Of a stretch of 59,369 nt of DNA, positions 20,734-31,048 are shown piece by piece. The notes under the pieces were generated by a model. It ran no database searches, was not told the DNA's origin, and saw only the letters and a program-made list of their open reading frames with translations. This DNA is from Cytophagaceae bacterium (GTDB lineage: Bacteria > Bacteroidota > Bacteroidia > Cytophagales > Spirosomataceae), in the NCBI GenBank assembly GCA_947464595.1, contig CANHXO010000001.1, positions 1 through 59,369 on the forward strand, read 5' to 3'. Both the position numbers and the translations under genes were made by a program. Each line of letters begins with the position of its first letter. Within the stretch, counting starts at the first letter, position 1.

Positions 20734-23546
20734 GAATTGTTTTTTTATACGTATTTGTTATTTCATCATTTTCAGGATTTTCACAAATATTATATCCAAT
20801 ATTAGATCAAAATCCAGCTAATGTACATTTTAAACAAATAAATGTTAAAAGTAATCCTGTACGAATTATTTATCCTGAAGGGGCTGATTCTTTAGCTTTC
20901 TTAACGGCAAGGTCTTTGTTTACGCAAATGCCTGATGCCGAAATTTTAGCGAAGAATTTAACTCATAAATGGTCCATTCTTTTGCAAAATCAGGGATTGA
21001 ATTCGAATGGCTTTATTAGCCTTTATGCTCCAAGGGGTGAATTTTACACAACACCTAGTCAAGATGCAAGCCTTCAAGCGACTAATCATTGGCTTACACT
21101 ATTAAGCGCTCATGAGATTAGGCATATTTATCAAAATGAATTAGCCACTTCAGGGATCAGTCGAATATTTAAATTCCTTTGGGGAAGCAATGGTCAAGGT
21201 CTTTATAGTAATTTATTGATACCTCATTGGGTATGGGAAGGAGATGCCATTGAGACTGAAACTCGATTAAACAATCAAGTCGGAAGATCTAATATTCCGC
21301 AATTCTCTAATGTTTTGAACGCCTATTTGTGGCAATTTGGAGTACCGAATTATAGTAAGTTAATGGCTAAGAATTACCGGGAAAATGTTCCCAATCACTA
21401 TGTTTTTGGTCAATTTATTACGCATAAGCTATCAAAAGACTATGGATTAGATGAGATTGGGCATATCTGGCAAAAGACCTTAAATAAACCTCGTTTGTTT
21501 TCATTTTCAAATCAAATAAAAAACAAAAGTGGATTTAGCATTGATCAATTTGTGGGAAATATTTTAAAAAATCAATTAGATACACTTAAGCAGGCGGTTG
21601 GCCATGCTAAATATTCCGTCATTTCACCAATAAATTCAAAAGGATTTTCCTCTTACGATTATCCCCAAAAAATAAGCAATGGAAAAGTGATTGCCATAAA
21701 AATGGCCTTTCAAGAAATTCCATCGTTAGTTGAAATTGAAAATGCTAGAGAAAGAAAATTGTGTTTATTGGGACCCGTATACCCAAGCAATATGCTTTCC
21801 GCTTCAGATCAATTTGTCGTTTGGTCAGAAATAAAGTACCATCCAAGGTGGACTCAAAAACAATCAACGAAATTGGTATTTTTTGATTTAGGCAATCATC
21901 AAAAATATGATTGGTCAAATAATCAAAAGTGGATTTGTCCAAGCATAAGTCCAGATTCTAAATATGTATCGTTTATTGAATTGCAAAATAATGGAAGCTC
22001 TACTTTGAAAATACATGATCGAGAAACAAAAGAATTAATTGACACGCTTAACTATGATGCGTCGACCCAAATAATACAACCTCGAATTTCAACCGGTGGT
22101 TTAATATCCTTTATTTTGCTCAATAGTGGTAGAAAAAAGATCCTTGTGTATGATTTTTTGCAAAAAAAAATGATTGCAGTCCGTGATTTTGGTTCTACTA
22201 ATATTGCCTCTACTTTTTTATATAATGACCATGTGTATTTTAATTTACCTTTAGCAAAAGTAGACCAAATAGCACGGTGGAACTATAAAGACCAGTCGAT
22301 TGATTATATAACTCAAAGTCAGTTTGGGGCCTATTCTATATCTTTTTCACCTATATCAAAGGAGCCATTTGTTTTCAGTAATTATACGGCTAAAGGAAAC
22401 CAAATTTGCTTAGGAAACTTAAGTGAATCTTATCCAGTTAATTTAACTGATATCCGAATGGAAGTAGCACCCGCGATAGCTTCCGCGATGAACCAACAAA
22501 ATTTAGAGGTGTCTAGCTATAGTCGGTGGAATTTAATTAACCCTTACGCTTGGGGACCTTTAGTTAATTCACAATTTAATAAACTTGATATAGGGCTTTT
22601 ATCCAAAAATTTAAATAATACCCTTCAATTGGGTTTAGGGTATATTTATGATGTGAATGAGCAAACCGGAAGTAAGTATCTAAGAGCATCCTATCAAGGA
22701 TGGTTTCCTGTGATTGATTTTTCTTTTCAGCAAGGTGCTAGAAATACCTCCTTATATATTGACAAACGATCTCCATTAGATAGTTTAAGGTCGGATCAAT
22801 GGAATCAAACTAAAATGGATATAGGCGTTCGAATTCCTTTGTTATTAACACAGGGTGCATTTCAAGAGCAGTTATATCTGTCAAGTACTTATTCTATGTT
22901 TCAAGTTGACGGGTATAATTTACCCTTGCGATATAAGTCAGAAGCTTTTGATGGAACCTATTCGTCTATGATTCACCAAATCAATTATTCCAAATTATTG
23001 TTTAAATCTCACTGGGACCTTCAATCCAGGTTGGGTTATCAATTAAATATGTATTGGAACGGAATGCCTTTTAAGCAATCATTGCAAGCTGAACTTTGGG
23101 GATTTCAAGCGAAAATCTATTTGCCAGGATTCTTTAAAAATCATGGATTCTTATTAAAAGCCTCATATCAGCAAGAGATGAAAGGAAATTACAACTTCAA
23201 TAGTCCATTCATTTTTACGAGAGGATTTTTATATGGAGTCAATCAGCGTTGGACAAATTTATCGTTAGATTATAAATTCCCAATAGCCAATACGTCGATT
23301 AAGCTAGGCAGATTATTATATTTCACGCGATTCAAGGGCAACATGTTTGTAGATGTGGGTAAAGGCGTCCCCAATGCAACTAAGTTAGATGTTTATAAAT
23401 TCTATGAGTCTATTGGTTTAGATATTTCCTCCAATTTTCATGTTTTACGCTTTTCGCAGGGTTTTGAATTGGGGGTGCGATTTTTGTTTAAGCCCCAACT
23501 AAATCAATTTGAAATTTATCCACTAGTTTTAGATTTAGGATTTTAA
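20724..23546 (+). CDS. Outer-membrane protein: N-terminal HExxH metallopeptidase domain, TolB-like propeller, C-terminal beta-barrel
   Basis: ATG at 20724 gives a signal peptide; AHEIRH and PHWVWEGDA; PSISPDSK propeller repeat; amphipathic beta strands ending ...LDLGF. Confidence 0.65.
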   Translation: MVLRIVFLYVFVISSFSGFSQILYPILDQNPANVHFKQINVKSNPVRIIYPEGADSLAFLTARSLFTQMPDAEILAKNLTHKWSILLQNQGLNSNGFISLYAPRGEFYTTPSQDASLQATNHWLTLLSAHEIRHIYQNELATSGISRIFKFLWGSNGQGLYSNLLIPHWVWEGDAIETETRLNNQVGRSNIPQFSNVLNAYLWQFGVPNYSKLMAKNYRENVPNHYVFGQFITHKLSKDYGLDEIGHIWQKTLNKPRLFSFSNQIKNKSGFSIDQFVGNILKNQLDTLKQAVGHAKYSVISPINSKGFSSYDYPQKISNGKVIAIKMAFQEIPSLVEIENARERKLCLLGPVYPSNMLSASDQFVVWSEIKYHPRWTQKQSTKLVFFDLGNHQKYDWSNNQKWICPSISPDSKYVSFIELQNNGSSTLKIHDRETKELIDTLNYDASTQIIQPRISTGGLISFILLNSGRKKILVYDFLQKKMIAVRDFGSTNIASTFLYNDHVYFNLPLAKVDQIARWNYKDQSIDYITQSQFGAYSISFSPISKEPFVFSNYTAKGNQICLGNLSESYPVNLTDIRMEVAPAIASAMNQQNLEVSSYSRWNLINPYAWGPLVNSQFNKLDIGLLSKNLNNTLQLGLGYIYDVNEQTGSKYLRASYQGWFPVIDFSFQQGARNTSLYIDKRSPLDSLRSDQWNQTKMDIGVRIPLLLTQGAFQEQLYLSSTYSMFQVDGYNLPLRYKSEAFDGTYSSMIHQINYSKLLFKSHWDLQSRLGYQLNMYWNGMPFKQSLQAELWGFQAKIYLPGFFKNHGFLLKASYQQEMKGNYNFNSPFIFTRGFLYGVNQRWTNLSLDYKFPIANTSIKLGRLLYFTRFKGNMFVDVGKGVPNATKLDVYKFYESIGLDISSNFHVLRFSQGFELGVRFLFKPQLNQFEIYPLVLDLGF

Positions 23547-24637
23547 TGAAGGAGATTTTTTTACTTTTTTTTATCTTTTTATTTTTAAGTTCTTGTGAGC
23601 CAACCCAAGATTTTAAAGGTGAAATTATTCCCGAATCGAAGACCATTTTATCTTTACTTAATTCTGAAAAAAGTCAAACTCAGAAAGCTATATCCTATTT
23701 AAATCAAGTGATAGAGGAAGGTTCATCTTCGCATCTTTATTATTTACGTGCTAAGTTTCTATATGATGCAAGGCAATATAAAAAAGCGAACAGGGATATT
23801 TTGAAAGCATTGAAATATTCTCCGAGAGACTTAGATTATTTATTATTAGCTGGACAGATTGCTTTTGATTTAGAAAATTACACAATTGCTACCGCTTATT
23901 TCAATTTAATAAAGCCCAATGTAGGGAAACAATCATTAATACTATTCTTTTTAGCCGATGTAGCCATTAAAGTTAATGACCTGACGTTGGCCAATTTTTA
24001 TTTAAATCAAATACCTCAAAAAGAATTAAATCAGAAGGATCAAATTTATTATTCAACTTTAAAAAATTTATGTGTACTTAAAAAGGTTCCGAGTACATTA
24101 TTCGTTAAAAACATGGATCAACATATAATGAATGATGTCCGTTTGCAAAGAATTTATTTTGAATATGCGTTGAATTTTACCTCTAAATTTCTTTATCAAA
24201 ATCAATTGTTAAAGTTGATGAATGAAAACCCAAACGATCCTCACCTTCTTCGATTCTGGGCAAGATTTTTAAACCAAATAAATCAAGTTAAAATGGCTGA
24301 ATTAATATACCAGAAAGTCGCTGGTATCTTTGATCACAATGATTATTTACATGTTGAAATAGGCAACTTTTATATGTCGCATAGGAATTATAGGCAGGCG
24401 ATTTTGTATTTCAATAGAATTAAACCTGATTTAACCTCATTTGCAGACGTTCCATTTTTAAAGTCAAAGTGTTATTTATATTTGGGTGATCGGAATACCT
24501 ATCAATCCACCTTGGATTCGGCTCATTTGCTTTTGAAAAATGATGCAAGGTATTATCAGTTGAAAATGAAACATTTTGGAATTTTAAAGGATTCAAGCTT
24601 GAGTGTTAAAGATTCTTTATTGACGATTGAGCCTTAA
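23546..24637 (+). CDS. TPR-repeat lipoprotein
   Basis: Lipobox FLSSC; TPR-like helices (YYLRAKFLY...KALKYSP). Start overlaps the upstream stop (TAATG). Confidence 0.7.
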   Translation: MKEIFLLFFIFLFLSSCEPTQDFKGEIIPESKTILSLLNSEKSQTQKAISYLNQVIEEGSSSHLYYLRAKFLYDARQYKKANRDILKALKYSPRDLDYLLLAGQIAFDLENYTIATAYFNLIKPNVGKQSLILFFLADVAIKVNDLTLANFYLNQIPQKELNQKDQIYYSTLKNLCVLKKVPSTLFVKNMDQHIMNDVRLQRIYFEYALNFTSKFLYQNQLLKLMNENPNDPHLLRFWARFLNQINQVKMAELIYQKVAGIFDHNDYLHVEIGNFYMSHRNYRQAILYFNRIKPDLTSFADVPFLKSKCYLYLGDRNTYQSTLDSAHLLLKNDARYYQLKMKHFGILKDSSLSVKDSLLTIEP

Positions 24638-24676
24638 TTTTGGGGTAAATTCGTAACTTGCGTAAAATTAGATAGG

Positions 24677-26617
24677 ATGATTAAAATTATTTTTCCAGAC
24701 GGGCAAATTAAAGAATATTCAAAAGGTATCTCGCCTATGGATATTGCAGTAAGTATATCAGAAGGCCTAGCCCGAAATGTGTTAGCCGCAAAATTAAATG
24801 ATCAAGTTGTTGATTCATCCACTCCTATTCTTGCAGATTCTCATTTACAATTACTTACATGGAATGATGTAGAAGGAAAAAAAACTTTTTGGCATTCTTC
24901 AGCCCATTTATTGGCGGAAGCGATTGAATTCCTATATCCTGGGACAAAATTCGGCATTGGCCCTGCCATTGAAAATGGTTTTTATTATGACATAGATTTA
25001 GGGGATCACGAATTTGGACAGGAACAATTTAAGGCCATAGAAGATAAAATGTTGGAATTAGCGCGACAAAAGTTGGAATATGTTCGAAAGGAAATTTCAA
25101 AAAAAGAGGCTGTACAATATTTTACAGAAAAGAAAGATGAATATAAGTTAGAATTATTGCAGGGTTTATCGGATGGTGAGATTACCTTTTATTCTCAAGG
25201 AAATTTTACAGATTTATGTAAAGGACCTCATATTCCAAGTACAGGTTTCATCAAAGCAGTAAAAGTTCTAAGTGTCGCTGGTGCCTATTGGCGTGGAGAT
25301 GAAAAGCGTAAGCAAATGACTCGAATCTACGCGATCACATTTCCTAAAGCAAAGGAACTAGAAGAATATCTACATTTATTAGAAGAAGCCAAAAAACGTG
25401 ACCATCGAAAATTAGGCAAGGAGTTAGAATTATTCGCTTTTTCTGAAAAAGTAGGCTTAGGTTTGCCCTTGTGGCTACCTAAAGGAACTATTTTACGAGA
25501 AAGATTGGAGAATTTTTTGAGGCGTGCACAAGTACGAGCTGGATATTCTCCTGTCATTACTCCCCACATTGCTAGTAAAGAACTTTATGTAACTTCTGGC
25601 CACTATGCAAAATACGGAAAGGATTCATTTCAGCCTATTCACACACCGGATGAAAATGAAGAATTTTTCTTAAAGCCAATGAACTGTCCACATCATTGTG
25701 AGATCTATAAAACCAAACCTCGGAGTTACAAAGATTTACCTTTACGCTTAGCCGAGTTTGGTACTGTCTACCGTTATGAGCAATCAGGAGAATTGCACGG
25801 ATTGACTCGAGTAAGAGGTTTTACACAAGATGATGCGCATATTTTTTGTCGGCCTGATCAAGTGGAAGATGAATTTATGAAGGTAATTGATTTAGTTTTA
25901 TATGTCTTTAAGGCCTTAGGTTTTGATCAATATTCCGCTCAAATTTCGTTAAGAGACAAGGAAAATCGAGAAAAGTATATAGGTAATGATTATGATTGGA
26001 ATCGTGCGGAAGCTTCTATTATAAAATCCGCCAAAGAAAAAGGTTTACCGACTACCATTGAGTATGGTGAAGCGGCATTTTATGGGCCTAAACTTGATTT
26101 TATGGTTAAGGATGCACTGGGTAGAAAATGGCAGTTGGGTACTATTCAAGTAGATTATCAATTACCTCAGCGATTTGAATTGGAGTATACAGGTTCAGAT
26201 AATCATAAACATAGACCTGTGATGATACATCGGGCACCCTTTGGTTCTTTAGAGCGATTTGTTGCTATTTTGATTGAAAATACTGCAGGAAATTTCCCAT
26301 TATGGCTTTCACCGGATCAATTAGCTGTATTACCTATTTCTGAAAAGTATGAGGATTATGCGAATGAGATTTATTTAAGACTTCAAGAAAAAGATTTACG
26401 TGGCTATGTAGACCACAGAGATGAGAAAATTGGACGTAAAATTAGAGACGCAGAAGTTAATAAAGTACCATTTATGATCATTGTGGGTGAAAAAGAGGAA
26501 GCGGAAGGAATGATTAGCGTAAGGAAAAAGAGTCAAGGAGATTTAGGATCGATGACGATCGAGTCTTTCATGAATTTAGCTCAAGAAGAAATGAGCCAAT
26601 TAACTTATGAAAAATGA
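24677..26617 (+). CDS. thrS: Threonine-tRNA ligase
   Basis: TGS domain, [37 protein letters not shown]. Confidence 0.98.
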   Translation: MIKIIFPDGQIKEYSKGISPMDIAVSISEGLARNVLAAKLNDQVVDSSTPILADSHLQLLTWNDVEGKKTFWHSSAHLLAEAIEFLYPGTKFGIGPAIENGFYYDIDLGDHEFGQEQFKAIEDKMLELARQKLEYVRKEISKKEAVQYFTEKKDEYKLELLQGLSDGEITFYSQGNFTDLCKGPHIPSTGFIKAVKVLSVAGAYWRGDEKRKQMTRIYAITFPKAKELEEYLHLLEEAKKRDHRKLGKELELFAFSEKVGLGLPLWLPKGTILRERLENFLRRAQVRAGYSPVITPHIASKELYVTSGHYAKYGKDSFQPIHTPDENEEFFLKPMNCPHHCEIYKTKPRSYKDLPLRLAEFGTVYRYEQSGELHGLTRVRGFTQDDAHIFCRPDQVEDEFMKVIDLVLYVFKALGFDQYSAQISLRDKENREKYIGNDYDWNRAEASIIKSAKEKGLPTTIEYGEAAFYGPKLDFMVKDALGRKWQLGTIQVDYQLPQRFELEYTGSDNHKHRPVMIHRAPFGSLERFVAILIENTAGNFPLWLSPDQLAVLPISEKYEDYANEIYLRLQEKDLRGYVDHRDEKIGRKIRDAEVNKVPFMIIVGEKEEAEGMISVRKKSQGDLGSMTIESFMNLAQEEMSQLTYEK

Positions 26618-26724
26618 TAATTTAAGTATTTTAGCTAGGATACATGGCTTAAGTTTGCAAATACGTGATTTTTGAATTAGATTTCGAATTGATTTAATTA
26701 AACATTAAAAATAAACAATAATTT

Positions 26725-27285
26725 ATGGCTTTACGCCCCAATAACAATTACCGAGGAAATAGAAGAGAAGAAGAGCCTTATCGAATAAATCAATTAATTC
26801 GCGGAGTAGAAGAAGTTAGATTAGTCGGAGAAAACATTGAGCAAGGTGTTTATTCTTTCTCAAAAGCTATTGAGCTAGCTGAAGCACAAAGTCTAGATTT
26901 AGTGGAAATCTCACCAAATGCTGTTCCTCCTGTCTGCAAAGTGATTGATTATGCTAAATTCAAGTATGATCAAAAGAAAAAACAAAAGGAAATCAAAGCA
27001 AATGCAACCAAAACTGTCATTAAGGAAATTCGTTTTGGTCCAAATACAGATGAACATGATTTTAATTTTAAATTAAAACATGCAGTAAATTTCCTCAAGG
27101 AGGGCGCGAAAGTGAAAGCTTATGTTCATTTTGTGGGTAGAACAATTGTCTTTAAAGAAAGAGGTGAAATGCTATTATTGAATTTTGCTAAGGGTCTTGA
27201 AGATGTAGGAAAACCTGATGATATGCCAAAATTAGAAGGAAAGCGGATGAGTATCATATTTACCCCAAAAGCTCAAAAGAAATAA
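26725..27285 (+). CDS. infC: Translation initiation factor IF-3
   Basis: [26 protein letters not shown]; thrS-infC-rpmI-rplT synteny. Confidence 0.97.
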   Translation: MALRPNNNYRGNRREEEPYRINQLIRGVEEVRLVGENIEQGVYSFSKAIELAEAQSLDLVEISPNAVPPVCKVIDYAKFKYDQKKKQKEIKANATKTVIKEIRFGPNTDEHDFNFKLKHAVNFLKEGAKVKAYVHFVGRTIVFKERGEMLLLNFAKGLEDVGKPDDMPKLEGKRMSIIFTPKAQKK

Positions 27286-27320
27286 TTTTTTTATATAGTG
27301 GAATTTCAAGGTAATTTTTT

Positions 27321-27328
27321 TACTTTTG
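27321..27328 (+). promoter_or_regulatory. -7 element (TACTTTTG), internal promoter for rpmI-rplT
   Basis: TAnnTTTG match 32 nt upstream of the rpmI ATG. Confidence 0.55.
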
Positions 27329-27360
27329 CATTCCAATTTTTACATTTAATACTTAATAGA

Positions 27361-27558
27361 ATGCCAAAAATTAAAACCAACTCTGGAGCGAAAAAACGTT
27401 TCAAAGTTACAGGAACTGGAAAAATAAAGCGTAAGCATGCTTTTCATAGCCATATCCTAACAAAAAAAACAACTAAACAAAAGCGTAATTTAGTTCATGC
27501 TACGTTAGTTTCCCCTTCTGATATGGGTCGTGTAAGTTTATTATTAGGACTTTCATAA
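27361..27558 (+). CDS. rpmI: 50S ribosomal protein L35
   Basis: [21 protein letters not shown]...; true start is 27361, not 27298. Confidence 0.97.
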   Translation: MPKIKTNSGAKKRFKVTGTGKIKRKHAFHSHILTKKTTKQKRNLVHATLVSPSDMGRVSLLLGLS

Positions 27559-27642
27559 TCAGTTTTCAGTTATTGTTCAACCAGAATTAAGGCAAAAAAG
27601 AGTTCCATTTGAGCCGCCTGAATTCAAAAAACAAATTTAATT

Positions 27643-27987
27643 ATGCCACGTAGTGTCAACCATGTAGCTTCAAGAGCTAGAAGAAAAAAGATTTTAAAAT
27701 TAGCGAAGGGTTTTTTCGGTCGAGGAAAAAATGTTTGGACTGTCGCTAAGAACAAAGTAGAAAAAGGTTTGCAATACGCATACCGCGATCGAAAAGTTAA
27801 GAAAAGAGATTTTAGAGGACTTTGGATCCAGCGTATCAATGCAGCAGCAAGACAAGAAGGTTTATCTTATTCTGCCTTTATGGGTAAATACAATAAATCA
27901 GGTATGACTTTGAATCGCAAAGTACTCGCTGATTTAGCTATGAATCATCCTGAAGCATTTAAAGCTGTACTATCCAAGTTATCATAA
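27643..27987 (+). CDS. rplT: 50S ribosomal protein L20
   Basis: [33 protein letters not shown]. Confidence 0.98.
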   Translation: MPRSVNHVASRARRKKILKLAKGFFGRGKNVWTVAKNKVEKGLQYAYRDRKVKKRDFRGLWIQRINAAARQEGLSYSAFMGKYNKSGMTLNRKVLADLAMNHPEAFKAVLSKLS

Positions 27988-28022
27988 AAAAAAGTCCCGG
28001 AAACATTCGGGACTTTTTTTTT
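27986..28022 (+). terminator. Rho-independent terminator after rplT
   Basis: A8-GTCCCGG-aaaca-TTCGGGAC-T9. Confidence 0.9.
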
Positions 28023-28027
28023 ACACT

Positions 28028-28035
28028 TATCTTTG
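28028..28035 (+). promoter_or_regulatory. -7 element (TATCTTTG) for iscS-xdhC-DUF3050
   Basis: TAnnTTTG match right after the rplT terminator, 18 nt before the ATG. Confidence 0.55.
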
Positions 28036-28053
28036 TTACCATTCCTGTAACAA

Positions 28054-29184
28054 ATGAGTTTACCTATCTATTTTGATTATGCATCTACTACTCCCGTTCG
28101 TTCGGAGGTATTAGATAAGATGCTGCCTTATTTTTCAACTCATTATGGTAATCCAGGTTCAAATTTACATCATTTTGGTTGGTTAGCGCAAGAAGCAATT
28201 GATTTGTCAAGGAATCAAATTGCTGCATATTTTAAGGTCAAGCCAAGTGGAGTTATTTTTACTTCTGGGGCAACTGAATCAAATAATTTAGCCATAAAAG
28301 GTTTTTTAAATGGGAAATCTAAGGGGCATTTAATTACTTCAAAAATTGAGCATAAAGCCGTGCTTGAGATTTTTTCCCAATTAGAAAGGGAGGGATATTC
28401 GGTAACATATCTAGAACCTGATGTGCAAGGGCAGATAACTAAAGAGAGTTTATCCAAGGGCATTCAAGAAGATACGTTGTTGGTATCGCTGATGATGGTT
28501 AATAATGAACTTGGAACTATTTCTGATTATGTAGCTTTTAAGGAAATTTGTGATGATCATCAGATCTGTTTTCATTCAGATGCTACACAAGCCATTGGGA
28601 AAATCGAATTAGATTTTGCTAATTTGCCTCATTTATTGAGTTTTTCAGGCCATAAGATTTATGCACCCAAAGGTGTAGGTGGTTTAATAATGCACCCTAG
28701 TATGACAATCATTCCTCTTGTTCATGGCGGTGGTCAAGAACGTGGAATCAGGTCGGGTACATTGCCTGTACCACTGATTGTTGGCCTAGGTTATGCTTTT
28801 ACCTTTATTCCTCAAATTTTAAGTTGTAGTGAAACTCTATTTCACTTTAAAGAAAAAATAATAAATGAACTTTTGAGTAATTATGAGAGCAAAATTTTGA
28901 TTAATTCGAATAGCTCTAATACAATCTCATCTCTTCTTAGTTTTTCAATTCATGGTGTTTATTGGGAGGATTTATTAAATTCTTTGACGTCTATTGCTAT
29001 ATCCAATGGTTCTGCATGTAATGTAAAATCAACAAATCCATCTCATGTACTAACTGCCTTGGGACACAACAGAGATTTAGCTTTAAGTACGCTTAGGATT
29101 TCATTGAGTTACATGTCGACTGAAAGTGACGTGAATTTTCTAATTCAATATTTATCTGAAAAATTAGCTAAAATAACGAAGTGA
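28054..29184 (+). CDS. iscS: Cysteine desulfurase (IscS/NifS group I)
   Basis: YFDYASTTP, FTSGATESNN, SGHKIY (PLP Lys), RSGT, SNGSAC (catalytic Cys). Confidence 0.9.
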   Translation: MSLPIYFDYASTTPVRSEVLDKMLPYFSTHYGNPGSNLHHFGWLAQEAIDLSRNQIAAYFKVKPSGVIFTSGATESNNLAIKGFLNGKSKGHLITSKIEHKAVLEIFSQLEREGYSVTYLEPDVQGQITKESLSKGIQEDTLLVSLMMVNNELGTISDYVAFKEICDDHQICFHSDATQAIGKIELDFANLPHLLSFSGHKIYAPKGVGGLIMHPSMTIIPLVHGGGQERGIRSGTLPVPLIVGLGYAFTFIPQILSCSETLFHFKEKIINELLSNYESKILINSNSSNTISSLLSFSIHGVYWEDLLNSLTSIAISNGSACNVKSTNPSHVLTALGHNRDLALSTLRISLSYMSTESDVNFLIQYLSEKLAKITK

Positions 29185-30233
29185 AGGAAATAAAATTATT
29201 TATAGACCAAATTACTCTTTACATTCAATCTGAGGTAAAATTTGCTATTGCTACCGTTATTCATGTGGATGGTTCTGCGTATAGACGTCCTGGAGCAAGG
29301 ATGCTAATTAATGAAAACGGAGATTGGCACGGAGGAATCAGTGGTGGATGTCTTGAGGGTGATATGTTGAAAAAGGCTCAATTAGCCATGTTGAGTAATC
29401 AAAACAAATTAGTTAAATACGATACTCGAGATGATGATCCATTTGAATTAGGGGTTGGTTTAGGTTGTAATGGCCTGATCGAAATCCTAATATGTCCTGA
29501 TCTTGAATACGCAAAAAATTTATTGAATATACTGATGGTTCATATTCAAAATTATGAACCTATCTTGTTGGAACATGTTTTTCAGTTAGATAATACCCAT
29601 TCAGGTTATATTAAGCACCATAAACCATCAGCATTATTTGCTTCTGTTTTTACAAAAGAAGAGTTGGATCAAGTATTGAATCTACATCAATCTCAATGCA
29701 AAGTCATCGATGAAAAAGTATTTTTTATTGAATATTTGCCGGCAATACCTAGGGTTGTGTTATATGGTCATTTATTTGATTCGAAAAGTATGATTGAGCT
29801 CTGTGATTACCTTTCTTGGGATGTTTGTTGGGTAGGTAATCCATTAAAAATGAATTCATTGCTTAAAAAAAAAGTACAATCCTTTTACCATTGGGATGAT
29901 TCATTTAAGATAAATGCCCATGATGCTGTAGTCTTAATGACGCATGATTTTGATCGAGATGTAGCGATTTTAAAGTATTTAAATTCGATTGAATTTAGCG
30001 GTTATATTGGTGTTTTAGGCCCATTAAAAAGAATGAATAAAATTATAAAACAATTAGAATTATTGTCTGTTAATCAATTACAAAGTAATTACTTTGGCCC
30101 CATTGGTTTAGATATTGGTGCTGAGGGTCCTGATGAAATAGCCTTATCCATCGTTTCTGAAATTATTGCTTATAATAGTTCAAGAGATGGGAGTTTTTTA
30201 AAAAATAGACAAAAACCCATACATACTAATTAA
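29181..30233 (+). CDS. xdhC: XdhC/CoxI-family molybdenum-cofactor chaperone
   Basis: GSAYRRPGARM, GGISGGCLE, GLGCNG, PIGLDIGAEGPDEIALSIVSEI. GTG start. Confidence 0.9.
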   Translation: MKEIKLFIDQITLYIQSEVKFAIATVIHVDGSAYRRPGARMLINENGDWHGGISGGCLEGDMLKKAQLAMLSNQNKLVKYDTRDDDPFELGVGLGCNGLIEILICPDLEYAKNLLNILMVHIQNYEPILLEHVFQLDNTHSGYIKHHKPSALFASVFTKEELDQVLNLHQSQCKVIDEKVFFIEYLPAIPRVVLYGHLFDSKSMIELCDYLSWDVCWVGNPLKMNSLLKKKVQSFYHWDDSFKINAHDAVVLMTHDFDRDVAILKYLNSIEFSGYIGVLGPLKRMNKIIKQLELLSVNQLQSNYFGPIGLDIGAEGPDEIALSIVSEIIAYNSSRDGSFLKNRQKPIHTN

Positions 30234-30234
30234 A

Positions 30235-30999
30235 ATGTCGAATTTAATTGAATTACAAAAAAGCATTGCTCCTCTTAAAGAAATCCTAAGAAATCATCCG
30301 ATTAATTCTTATATACAATCCAAAGAACATTTAACCATATTCATGCAAAATCATGTTTTTGCAGTTTGGGACTTTATGTCTTTAGTTAAAAAACTACAGG
30401 TCGAGTTAACATCGGTAGACCCATTGTGGTTCCCAAAGGGTTCAGCTGAAACCAGGTATTTAATTAATGAAATTGTATTAGGTGAAGAGTCAGACATAGA
30501 TCCTGAAGGTGGATATATTAGTCATTTTGATTTATATATAAGAGCAATGGATGAATTAACTATTATGCTCCCTCCTGCCCTAATGTCATTTAAGCAGTAT
30601 AAATCAATTGAAGAATTTCTATTGGCGCTTCCTTCATTTAATCTTCCCGAGAGTATTCATGAATTTTTAACGTTTACTTTCTCAAGTATCCTTCATGGCA
30701 CGATAGAAGAAATAGCAGCTATTTTTACTTTTGGGAGAGAAGATTTAATACCTGATATGTTTCAGTTAATATTGGATCAATTGCGTAATCAATCGCCTGA
30801 TAAGGTAAAAACACTTACCTATTATTTGGAAAGGCATATTGAAGTGGACGGAGGACATCATTCTCATTTAGCTACTTCCATGGTTTCTCAATTGTGTCAA
30901 GATGATCCTAATGCTTGGAACAGGGCAACAGATGCAGCAATAGGTTCTTTGAAAGCTAGGATTAAACTTTGGGATGGAATTGTGAGGACTAATCTGTAA
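30235..30999 (+). CDS. DUF3050 domain protein (heme-oxygenase-like fold)
   Basis: HVFAVWDFMSL, INEIVLGEESD, SHFDLY, FTFGREDLIP, YLERHIEVDGGHH. Confidence 0.88.
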   Translation: MSNLIELQKSIAPLKEILRNHPINSYIQSKEHLTIFMQNHVFAVWDFMSLVKKLQVELTSVDPLWFPKGSAETRYLINEIVLGEESDIDPEGGYISHFDLYIRAMDELTIMLPPALMSFKQYKSIEEFLLALPSFNLPESIHEFLTFTFSSILHGTIEEIAAIFTFGREDLIPDMFQLILDQLRNQSPDKVKTLTYYLERHIEVDGGHHSHLATSMVSQLCQDDPNAWNRATDAAIGSLKARIKLWDGIVRTNL

Positions 31000-31001
31000 A
31001 A

Positions 31002-31031
31002 AAAAGGCCCCATTGAAAAATGGAGCCTTTA
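31002..31031. terminator. Bidirectional terminator between convergent DUF3050 and dnaK
   Basis: AAAAGGCcCCATT-gaaa-AATGGaGCCTTTT, with an A-run on the left. Confidence 0.7.
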
Positions 31032-31048
31032 CACTATTATTTTGAATT

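Noticed and set aside
24638-24676. T-box or operator upstream of thrS
   Set aside because: Only 39 nt are available and no T-box motif or hairpin is seen.
27298-27360. N-terminal extension of L35 in the ORF track
   Set aside because: The conserved L35 starts at MPKIKT (27361), and the extension overlaps a promoter element.
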